Program-made: the position numbers and the translations under genes
Shown: piece by piece, positions 1 through 8,798 of the stretch
Layout: every line of letters starts with the position of its first letter
How positions within the stretch are numbered: the stretch's first letter is position 1
DNA from: Candidatus Zixiibacteriota bacterium
GTDB lineage: Bacteria; Zixibacteria; MSB-5A5; DSPP01
NCBI GenBank assembly: GCA_022614805.1
Contig: JAKEHY010000020.1
Coordinates: 89,449 to 153,448, forward strand
Length of the DNA: 64,000 nucleotides
Reading direction: 5' to 3'
Notes under the pieces: model-generated
The model's input: only the letters and a program-made list of their open reading frames with translations
Told to the model about the DNA's origin: nothing
Databases searched by the model: none

Positions 1-2982
1 ACCTTGTTCGGCTCAAAATACACGGTTGTGGCGGGTGTGACGGCCAAGGAAGGGACGGTTTTCCAACCGGCCATTCTGGGAAAGGCCCTGCGCATCACAA
101 AGAAGATTGTCAACTCCAAAGGCGTCATCAAAAACAACGTGGTGAGCATCGCCGCCCGAAAAGCCAAAAACATCGCCGGCAACGAGGAAGGCCTGGAAGT
201 CAGGCCCTTGATGGAACGCGTTCCTGAAACGCCGGAGGAGATGGAGCGTCTGCGCGCCGCCATCCGTGCCAACCCGGTCTATTCAAACCTGATTATCTCC
301 AAGGATGAAAAAACCCTGGTCATCGTGGCCGACTACACGACCGGCAGGGGCGGCTTCCGGTCGATTAATGAGACGGTGCGGGCGATTGCCGAGCCGGAGC
401 AGGACCCTTCCGTCGAGATTACCTTCGGCGGCCAGCCCATGTTCTTGACCATGCTCGAACGCTACTCGGACCGGATGCGCTTTCTCCTCCCGCTGGCCGT
501 TTTGCTCATCGGACTCATTCACTTCGAAGCGTTTCGAACCCTGCAGGGGCTGGTCCTTCCCCTTGTCACGGCGCTTTTGGCCGTTTTTTGGGGATTGGGG
601 CTGATGAGTTCGGCCGGCGTTCCCCTGGACGTCTTCAACGCCACCACCCCTATTCTCATTTTGGCCATCGCTGCCGGCCACGCCGTGCAGATTTTAAAAC
701 GCTACTACGAGGAGTTTCACCGCATCCGCGCGGAGGGCGTTCTTAGCCCGAAGGAGGCCAACCGGGCGGCGGTGGTCGATTCCCTGGCAAAAATCGGCCC
801 GGTGATGCTCGTCGCCGGACTGGTGGCGGCCTTGAGTTTCTTTTCGCTCGTGATTTTTGAAATAAAAACCATTCAGACCTTCGGAATCTTTACCGGCTTC
901 GGAATCTTGAGCGCCCTGGTATTGGAAATGACCTTCATTCCGGCCCTCCGGTCGCTTTTGAAACCCCCGGGAATTCGGGAGAGCGCCCGTGAGAAGGAAA
1001 CCACGGTTTGGGACCGCATCTCGGGGGCTTTTGGAAGCTGGGTCGCGGGCGGCCGCCGCAAGGCCATCTACGGGGCCACCGTCGTCGTTCTTGCCCTTTT
1101 GGGCTTGGGCATCGGAAACGTCGTCGTGGACAACCGGCTTAAGGGATATTTTTCCCCCAATTTAAGCGTAAATGTCGATGACGACAAGCTGAACGACCGT
1201 ATGGCCGGAACAAAATCCCTGTATGTTTTGGTCGAGGGCAGGCAAGAGGATGCCATCAAGGACCCAAAAGTACTCTCCGCGATGGAAGAAACGCAACAAT
1301 TTTTGGAAAAAGATTCACTGGTGGGAAAGACCGTCTCCATCGTCGATTTTCTCAAACGCATCAACCAGTCGATGCACGCCGACCGGCCCGAGTATTACCG
1401 GCTCCCGGAGACGAAAGAGCTCACCGCCCAATACCTTTTGCTCTATTCCACTTCGGGGGAGCCCGGGGATTTTGACACCTACGTGGACTACGGATACCAA
1501 AACGCCGCCATCCGGGCCTTTCTCAAGTCCACGGGAACGGCTTACGCGACTAACCTTGCGGAAAAGTTGCGTTCCTTTATGGCCAGGCGTTTCGGGGATG
1601 AAGTGGAAGTCAAAATCGGTGGACAGGCGATGAGCGAAGCCGCCTTGAACGAGGTTATGATTAAGGAGAAACTTTTGAACATCGTCCAGATTGCCGGCGT
1701 GGTTTTCCTCTTAAGCTCCCTTTTGTTCCGCTCGTTTTTGGCCGGGGCCCTGGTTTTGGTGCCCCTCGTGATGACGGTTTTGGCGAACTTCGGGATGATG
1801 GGCCTCTTGGGCATACCCCTGCAAATTTCGAACGCCGTCACCTCGGCTATGGCCATCGGCATCGGCGCCGACTACGCCATCTATCTGACCTACCGGATAC
1901 GGGAGGAAATAAAAAAGGGCGGAGAGGAGAGGCAGGCCGTGCTGCGGGCTTTCGGCTCGGCCGGCAAAGCCATTCTTTTTGTCGCTTCGGCCGTCGCCGG
2001 CGGCTATGCCGTGCTGATGCTCTCCTTCGGATTCAAACTTCACTTCTGGCTGGGACTCCTCATCTGTTTGTCCATGGTGACCAGCGCGCTCTCGGCCCTC
2101 ACGGTTTTTCCGAGTCTGCTTTTATCACTCCGGCCAAAGTTCATCTTTGGCAGCCAGGCGGCCCGCATCCCCAAAACGGTGGCCGAAGTAACCGCGGCGC
2201 TGCTTCTTTTCGCTTTCCTCCCCTTGCGGCAGGCGGGTGCCCAGACGGCCGCACCTTCCGCCGAGGAAATCATGCAGAAAAATTTCGTGGCCACCAAACT
2301 GGACGACTCCTTTTCCGACGGCACCTTCCGGCTGATTAACAGCAAAGGGCAGGAACGGGTGCGGAAGACCATCGGCGCCACCAAGCTGCAAGCCAACGGC
2401 ATCGACAATATGCGAATGACCCGGTTTATCTCCCCGCCCGACGTCAAGGGGACCGTCTCGCTTTTGGTCGAACACTCCGAAAAGGACGACGACATCTGGA
2501 TTTATCTTCCGGCCTTGAAGAAGGTGCGGCGGCTGGTCTCCTCCAACAAAAAAGACAGCTTCGTGGGGACCGATTTCTCCTACGGCGACGTCATCGGACA
2601 CAAGGTGCGCGAGTGGAACCATAAAATCATCAAGGAGGAAACGGTCGATGGCCAGCCCTGCTACGTGATTGAATCCACCCCGAAAAACGACGATGTTCGC
2701 TCGAACAGCGGCTATTCGAAAAGAATCGGCTGGATCGGCAAGGAGAGCTTCGTGACCTTGAAATTTGAGTACTTCGACGAATCGGGAGACCTCTTGAAAC
2801 AGGCCCGCTTCACCGACGTCCGGTTGATGGACCCGGTCAAAAAGCGTTACCAGCCGATGCGCCTCGAAGCCAAAAATGTCCAGACCGGCCACACCACCGT
2901 CATCCAGTTGGAGAACTTCAAACCGAATCAGGGAATCAAGGAGACCTATTTCACGACCCGTTATATGGAAAAAGACCAATGA
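1..2982 (+). CDS. MMPL/RND-family transporter fused to a C-terminal LolA-like (outer-membrane lipoprotein-sorting) domain; 5' partial
   Basis: Frame is open from base 1. Two TM bundles with MMPL motifs (GIGADYAIY, AIAAGHAVQI) are separated by periplasmic loops. The C-terminal ~250 aa has the LolA-like pattern (RFISPPDVKGT...DDIWIYLPALKKVRR...FVGTDFSYGD). Confidence 0.85.
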   Translation, partial: TLFGSKYTVVAGVTAKEGTVFQPAILGKALRITKKIVNSKGVIKNNVVSIAARKAKNIAGNEEGLEVRPLMERVPETPEEMERLRAAIRANPVYSNLIISKDEKTLVIVADYTTGRGGFRSINETVRAIAEPEQDPSVEITFGGQPMFLTMLERYSDRMRFLLPLAVLLIGLIHFEAFRTLQGLVLPLVTALLAVFWGLGLMSSAGVPLDVFNATTPILILAIAAGHAVQILKRYYEEFHRIRAEGVLSPKEANRAAVVDSLAKIGPVMLVAGLVAALSFFSLVIFEIKTIQTFGIFTGFGILSALVLEMTFIPALRSLLKPPGIRESAREKETTVWDRISGAFGSWVAGGRRKAIYGATVVVLALLGLGIGNVVVDNRLKGYFSPNLSVNVDDDKLNDRMAGTKSLYVLVEGRQEDAIKDPKVLSAMEETQQFLEKDSLVGKTVSIVDFLKRINQSMHADRPEYYRLPETKELTAQYLLLYSTSGEPGDFDTYVDYGYQNAAIRAFLKSTGTAYATNLAEKLRSFMARRFGDEVEVKIGGQAMSEAALNEVMIKEKLLNIVQIAGVVFLLSSLLFRSFLAGALVLVPLVMTVLANFGMMGLLGIPLQISNAVTSAMAIGIGADYAIYLTYRIREEIKKGGEERQAVLRAFGSAGKAILFVASAVAGGYAVLMLSFGFKLHFWLGLLICLSMVTSALSALTVFPSLLLSLRPKFIFGSQAARIPKTVAEVTAALLLFAFLPLRQAGAQTAAPSAEEIMQKNFVATKLDDSFSDGTFRLINSKGQERVRKTIGATKLQANGIDNMRMTRFISPPDVKGTVSLLVEHSEKDDDIWIYLPALKKVRRLVSSNKKDSFVGTDFSYGDVIGHKVREWNHKIIKEETVDGQPCYVIESTPKNDDVRSNSGYSKRIGWIGKESFVTLKFEYFDESGDLLKQARFTDVRLMDPVKKRYQPMRLEAKNVQTGHTTVIQLENFKPNQGIKETYFTTRYMEKDQ

Positions 2983-4294
2983 AAAAATTGGGGGCCTTCT
3001 TGATTGGGGTTTTTTTTTGGCCGGGGCCTCTTCGGCGCTTGCTCAAGAGCGTCCGATTGTCGATACGGACAGCTCCAAGCGCGACTCTTTGGGATTTGTC
3101 CGGCGCATGCTGAAAAACACGAGCGCCAACGCCTCCTTTCGCGGCGAGTTTTGGAGCTCCTCGAAGTCGCTGGACGACAAGGATGGTTTCGGCGTCGGCG
3201 CCGTCTGGTTGAAGGGGCAATCCACCTTCCCCGCCACCCCCCTTTCCCTTAAATGGGAAGGCTGGGTGCAAAACCAGTCCCTCATCCGTTCCGGAACTAT
3301 TGAAGCGGAGCTACGCGAAGGATACGTAAACCTGGATTTTGACAAGTTCAGCTACCGGGTGGGCCGACAAATAACGGTGTGGGGAAGGGCGGATGCCATC
3401 AACCCGACCGACAACGTCAGCAGCCGGGATTATTCGCTTATGGTGCCGGACGAAAACGACCAGCGCCGGGGAAATTTTTCCGCCAAGGCGGCCTATGCCT
3501 TCGGCGATTTTAATCTGATCGGTTTCTGGCTCCCCGAATTCAGGGAAAATGTGTTTCCCCTTCCGGCGCTGCCGGCTCCGATTGTTCTGACAAAACGGAA
3601 ACCAAAAACGGAATGGAGCCAATGGGCCTTCAAAATTGAGCGGACGGGAGGGGCGGCGGACTGGTCTTTATCCTATTTTGACGGGCTGGATCGAAATCCC
3701 GACCTCACCGTGGAAGGAATAAGCAACTCCGCCGTCAAGTTGGCCCTGACCCACCATCGAATCCGGGTAATAGGCGCGGATGCCGCCGCCCCGGCCGGCC
3801 GTTTTGGGCTGCGGGCGGAAGCGGCCTACGCGTTCACGGAGGATAACGAAGGCACGGACCCGCAAATCAAAAACCCATTCCTGTTTGTCGTTCTCGGGGG
3901 GGACCGAAGTTTTTTCCAATATCTCAACTTCAACCTTCAATACGTCTCCCGCATCGTGATGAAGTATCAAGACCCGCGCCAGATTTCGGACCCGGCTACA
4001 CGCGCGTTGGCGGTACAGGAAGCGCAGCTCACCCAGCAGCTGGACCAATTTCAGCACGGACTTTCAAACCGGGTGGGATACAAGTGGCTCCACGAGACTT
4101 TGGAAGCGGACCTATCCAGCCTGCTCTGGCTGGACGAAGGGGATTTCCTGCTTCGCCCCAAACTTATCTATGCCCTTACGGACCACTGGAAAGCGACCCT
4201 CGGCGCAGAACTGTACCGCGGGCCGGCGGAGGGTGTTTTCGGAAGACTGAAGCAAAACTCGACCGGCTTCGCCGCGCTCCGGTACGATTTGTGA
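2979..4294 (+). CDS. Outer-membrane beta-barrel protein (DUF1302-like), with an apparent frameshift in a T9 run at 3010-3018
   Basis: ATG at 2979 overlaps the upstream TGA and reads MKKLGAFLIGVFF. Adding one T joins it to the long frame FFLAGASSALAQERP, giving a clean signal peptide. The body has LREGYV/VGRQITVWGRAD motifs and ends in the aromatic RYDL. Confidence 0.75.
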
Positions 4295-4589
4295 CGGACA
4301 TCCCACAACCGCCGAAACAGGACGATTGGTTTAAGTTTTTTGTGAAAATTATTATTTTACAGCCGCTCCGTTCGCCATTGGAGCCGGGCCGCTGCTCGAC
4401 AAAGAATAAATGCCGGGGCGGCATCCACGAAAAGGCCCAATCCCTCCTCACCAATCCCTGTCTTAAAACGGGTCCCTCAGGGGTTAATAAATAGAACCTT
4501 TCACGTACACTTTTCAACGTAAGTATCCGGACAAGGATGGAAGCGTTGTCTCCAAGCGACAACTGAATAGTTCCACCCTCAATTTGCAC

Positions 4590-4806
4590 TCAGACCGACT
4601 CAACTCGCCTGCAAGGAATCCGCCGCCGGGCAGGAGCTCTTGCGGGCGGCGATGTCCTGCTTGTGGCTTTCGGCCCGGGCCTATGACCGTATTTTCAAAG
4701 TCGCCCGCACGATAGCCGATTTTGAAGGCAGCCCGAACATCAAAGATTCCCATCTCTCTGAAGCGATACAATTTACCTCATGCTGGATCGAAATATCTGG
4801 ATGTAA
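4590..4806 (+). pseudogene. comM: Degenerate 3' remnant of comM/yifB (Mg-chelatase-like AAA+)
   Basis: Translates as GQELLRAAMSCLWLSARAYDRIFKVARTIADFEGSPNIKDSHLSEAIQF, matching the ComM C-terminus (LSARAY.RILKVARTIADL). After a frameshift it reads MLDRNIWM*. No 5' portion is present. Confidence 0.8.
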
Positions 4807-4828
4807 GAAAAAGCTCATCCGGTCCGGT

Positions 4829-7222
4829 CTAACACGGAAAACTGCCTTGATTGAAAACGGCGGTTATCAAGATAACTATGTCGGCACCAGAGGCCGAACC
4901 GTTGCAATTCAAGTCGCAGGCGCCAAAGCCGGCCGGCGGTTCGGACTGCGAGAAGGTACAGCCGATCAGAAACACAATGTCCGCGGCGCTCAAGTTTCCG
5001 TCTAGGTTCAAGTCCCCCTTCCGGACGGTGGACGGATCTATGACAGCTATGGTTATCGGCTCACTGTCGGTAAGGGAGCCGTCCGAGGCGGTGAACGTGA
5101 CATCATGGTTGCCGACTTGGGATAACGTTGGCGTCCAACTGAAGCGACCCCGTCCGTTCAAACTATCGAAAAAGATGGCCCCACTGGGCAGTCCCGTGAT
5201 GGAAAAGCTTGGGGTAGTTCCATCCGGGTCGCTGGCAGAAACGTTGAAGGCTAACTCTCGACCCGCCAAAACAAATTTGTTTCCAATCGAAGCTAAAACC
5301 GGCGGGTGCGGACCAAAGCTAACCTCCACTACGGTGTCAATCCGCATGGTCACGCCGGAAAGCACCACCGAGTCGAGACCGGAAGAAAGAACATAGCGTA
5401 ACTGATAGGTTCCGGGCACGAGAATTCCCGCATACTGCCCCAAATCGTCGGTCATCCCTTTGGCCAGAGGCGCCTCCGGCGAGCCGAAGGCCCGCACCTT
5501 TACACCGGCCAGAGGATTTCCATCGGAACCGCGCACAGTGCCGGAAAGCTGAACTCCATGGCGCAGGGTCAGATTGATGGTCGTGTCCTTTGTTATCGAA
5601 GCTCCCGTAAAAGAGGCTCCCGTAAAGCGGGAAGCCAAAGGCGGGGTATAGGCCAAATCAAACGTTCTGGGCGGAATAACGGCCTCATAGTATCCGGCCG
5701 AATCGGTATTGTCCGAGGGCGTGAAGACCTCTGTCCCGGAAGGCGGGATAAATGCATCAAAATCAACTTCGAAGAGGGGATTATTAAGGGAGTCTTTGAT
5801 AAATCCCGAAACCGAACGCCCGGAATCGAGAGTGACATTCAAGGTCAAATTAGCATTTAGAGAGAAGTTCGGAAACTCTTTGGCCACGCGGCGAATGGCC
5901 TTGGGCGGTTCAAACTCGACCGTATAGCTGCCAGGAACAGCCACCACGGCATAATTCCCCAAAGCATTGGTAAAGTGGTTGGCCAGAGGTATCTTAGCTC
6001 CCGTAGCGGGATTTTCGAAGCGGATATCTACATTGGCCAATCCGCCCCCTCCGGTTCTTTGAGCCGTGCCGGACAGGGTGACACCGTTGGGCAGATTCGC
6101 ATCTAAAGTTCGGTCGGTGCTGACCGTTACGCGCAAGCTCTCCACGGAGGCCAGCCCTGTGGCGGCCGGGGGTTGAAAGACGACATTAAAGCCGCCGGCC
6201 GGAACCACGGTTTGATAGAAGCCGGCAGCATCGGTGGCATCTCCGGGAGTGGGGATTTTTAGGCCTGTTATAGTGTCTTCCACGTCGATGTCCACGCCGG
6301 CAACCACCGTCATATTGCTGGCGCGGCGAACCGTGCCGGAAAGAAAGAACCCGGGCTGAAGGGTAAAGTTCACGTTATTGATGTCGTTGCTCACCACAAA
6401 GGAAAATATTTTGCCAGCCACCAGCTTGTCGGATACCTGTGGCTCGACGGTTATGTTGTAGGTGCCGGCAGGAACCACCACCTGATAGTCGCCCCCCTCG
6501 TTAGTGTTGTCGTTAGGGGTGGGAACCCGCTCGCCGGTTGAAGAGATGTCAAAGTCTAAATCGGCATCCACCACCGGCTGGCCGTTATTATCCTGAACGC
6601 GGCCGGAAACAAAAAAGCCTGGCTGAAGGATAACATCGCGCGTCTGGGTGGAGTTGAAAACCACCCCTTTGAACTCCGCCGCTACCAGCTTTTCCCCGCT
6701 GACGGGACGGTAGGTTAAAGTATAAAGGCCGCTTTGGAGTACCAAAGAATAGAAGCCGGTGAAATCAGTTTTGTCGCCAGGCGTAAAGACCCGCTGCCCG
6801 GTCAATTCGTCATCCACGTTCAGGTCAATGTTTGCCAAGCCGTTACCGTTTATGTCCCGCACAAAACCAGAAAGGGTGAAACCGAAAGGCACCGTGTCGT
6901 TTAAGACCTGGTTGCCGGAAAACACGTAACCTCGGTTGATGACCGGTGCCAGCCCGCTGCCAGCCGGCGGTTTGAAGGCTATATCGTACGTCCCGGCTGG
7001 CAGGCCAAAAGGTGGGTCTAAATTGTAATTCCCCATCGAATCGGTGGAATCGGCCAAAAGCCCAATCGGGTCACCCGTGTTGCTGTCGAACATATCGATG
7101 TCCACGTTGAATACCCCCACCCCGTTCGGATTGCTGATTTTGCCGGAGAGGAAAAACTGGGCCGACACGCTTCCATAAAGCCCCATGCTTAGGAAAAGGA
7201 TTGCGATTAAGCGACTACGCAT
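4829..7222 (-). CDS. Secreted repeat protein: about six carboxypeptidase-regulatory-like beta-sandwich repeats, an Ig/cadherin-like domain and a C-terminal Cys-rich dockerin
   Basis: Signal peptide and GGAGG SD. Repeats of D.D.D...G...P.D.T...G.Y..VVP.G.Y...F.PP; ASDPDG Ig motif; C-terminal KGDLNLDG..SAADIV...CDLNCNG..SGADIV duplicated Ca loops. Confidence 0.75.
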   Translation of the reverse strand: MRSRLIAILFLSMGLYGSVSAQFFLSGKISNPNGVGVFNVDIDMFDSNTGDPIGLLADSTDSMGNYNLDPPFGLPAGTYDIAFKPPAGSGLAPVINRGYVFSGNQVLNDTVPFGFTLSGFVRDINGNGLANIDLNVDDELTGQRVFTPGDKTDFTGFYSLVLQSGLYTLTYRPVSGEKLVAAEFKGVVFNSTQTRDVILQPGFFVSGRVQDNNGQPVVDADLDFDISSTGERVPTPNDNTNEGGDYQVVVPAGTYNITVEPQVSDKLVAGKIFSFVVSNDINNVNFTLQPGFFLSGTVRRASNMTVVAGVDIDVEDTITGLKIPTPGDATDAAGFYQTVVPAGGFNVVFQPPAATGLASVESLRVTVSTDRTLDANLPNGVTLSGTAQRTGGGGLANVDIRFENPATGAKIPLANHFTNALGNYAVVAVPGSYTVEFEPPKAIRRVAKEFPNFSLNANLTLNVTLDSGRSVSGFIKDSLNNPLFEVDFDAFIPPSGTEVFTPSDNTDSAGYYEAVIPPRTFDLAYTPPLASRFTGASFTGASITKDTTINLTLRHGVQLSGTVRGSDGNPLAGVKVRAFGSPEAPLAKGMTDDLGQYAGILVPGTYQLRYVLSSGLDSVVLSGVTMRIDTVVEVSFGPHPPVLASIGNKFVLAGRELAFNVSASDPDGTTPSFSITGLPSGAIFFDSLNGRGRFSWTPTLSQVGNHDVTFTASDGSLTDSEPITIAVIDPSTVRKGDLNLDGNLSAADIVFLIGCTFSQSEPPAGFGACDLNCNGSASGADIVILITAVFNQGSFPC

Positions 7223-7304
7223 AGAACACCTCCAGACTGCTCAACGGCTTTCGGCCCGGTTAAACTCCCTTTTGGGCATCCCCTCGCCCCGAACTTTCTC
7301 CAAT

Positions 7305-8795
7305 TTAACGAATAACCGCCACTTTCAAAACTTTTTCCGTCTTTCTTGAATTTCCCGGTTTTTCCAAAACAATCTTGCAGAAATAGACCCCGGAGGCCAC
7401 CGGCTGGTCGCTTTGGTTTAAGCCGTCCCATTCCAGCACCTGCCGGCCTCCTCCTGAGAATTCGGTTCGACTTCGATAGATGATTTCCCCCACCGGTGAA
7501 AAGATGGTCAGCGATATTTTCCAAACGCCGGAGACAACATCCAGGTCGACCGGAAATTTTATCCGATTACCCCCTTCAGGGCGGAACGGGTTGGGGCGAG
7601 CTTCGAGGATTCGGGTTTCAACGGATACCGGCGTGTGCAAAGGTTCACCGGTGAGAACCACGGCGGTGTCGAAGTCGCTTAAAACCTTAACCCCCGTAAT
7701 CATCAAGGTGTCAAAGCCGGCGGTTCCTAAAGGAGGACTTATCACCAGGGTATAGCTGTCTGGCGGAACGGCTACTTTAATCACCCCAAGAGAATCGGCA
7801 TTGTCCGTAGGAGTGAAAAGCTCGTTCCGGCTGGGAAATTCCCGAATGACATCCAAATCGCAATTTTGAATTGGATTTCCCAGCGAGTCTTTCACCGTGA
7901 CGCTTAGCAAGACTCCCACCCGAAACGTTTCTAAAATGGAGGTATCCGCAAAAATGGAAAAGGGTTCGATTTCTTTTGGAATCAAGCGGTTGCCGCGGGG
8001 CGGAATCAAAAGCAAACTAAAAGTTCCGGGCGGTGTTATCACTCGGAAATTCCCTAAGCTGTCGCTGCGGTTATTGGAAAGGAAAATCTCTTTACCAGCT
8101 GTGTCCTCGAGGTCAACGGAGAGGCTGGGAACTCCCGTGTCCAATGAATCAACCGCCCGCCCAGAGAGAACCAAGCCGGTAACGAGAAGGGCATCCATGA
8201 CCGTGTCTTTGCTAACAGGGACGGTGTCTTTCTGCAAACCTCGAAAGCGGCTGCCGGGAGGAGAATCAAAGCGGACCCGAAATATACCCGGTGGCACCAC
8301 GACCCGATAAAAGCCAACTGAATCGGTGTTGTCCCTGGGGGTAAAAATCCTTTCCTTGTTCGGAAGCTGGGTGAAATCCAAATCCACCCCTAAAATGGGG
8401 GCACCCACGCTGTCGGTTACCGTGCCGGAAACGAAAAAACCAATTGGCAAAAACACGGTATCCATCAACCGGTGAGTGGATAAATCAACAAAAAATCGTT
8501 TTCCGACTAAGCGAGCACCGACAGGTGGTTTGAAGGATACGAAATAAATCCCGTCCGGAAGAATAACCTGATAGAAACCTCCTGTTATAGTCTTATCACC
8601 GGTGATAAGGGATTCTGGGACTTCCGTTCCGGTGGCCGTGTCCTCAAAATCTAAGTTGACTTCCACTACCGGTTGTCGGTTACCATCAAATACATATCCC
8701 CTCATAATGACTTGTGTTTGGGCTGAAAGCTTAAGGTAAGATGTTAATAAAAAAACAATAATGAATAATACAAAGCGGGTGAAAAAAGAATGCAT
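7305..8795 (-). CDS. Secreted repeat protein (same repeat family, about four copies) with a C-terminal FlgD-Ig/T9SS-like sorting domain
   Basis: Signal peptide. Repeats like VDLDF...FTP.DNTDSVGFYRVVVPPG. C-terminus RPNPF...WDGLNQSDQPVASGVYF...KVAVIR. Confidence 0.75.
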   Translation of the reverse strand: MHSFFTRFVLFIIVFLLTSYLKLSAQTQVIMRGYVFDGNRQPVVEVNLDFEDTATGTEVPESLITGDKTITGGFYQVILPDGIYFVSFKPPVGARLVGKRFFVDLSTHRLMDTVFLPIGFFVSGTVTDSVGAPILGVDLDFTQLPNKERIFTPRDNTDSVGFYRVVVPPGIFRVRFDSPPGSRFRGLQKDTVPVSKDTVMDALLVTGLVLSGRAVDSLDTGVPSLSVDLEDTAGKEIFLSNNRSDSLGNFRVITPPGTFSLLLIPPRGNRLIPKEIEPFSIFADTSILETFRVGVLLSVTVKDSLGNPIQNCDLDVIREFPSRNELFTPTDNADSLGVIKVAVPPDSYTLVISPPLGTAGFDTLMITGVKVLSDFDTAVVLTGEPLHTPVSVETRILEARPNPFRPEGGNRIKFPVDLDVVSGVWKISLTIFSPVGEIIYRSRTEFSGGGRQVLEWDGLNQSDQPVASGVYFCKIVLEKPGNSRKTEKVLKVAVIR

Positions 8796-8798
8796 AGC

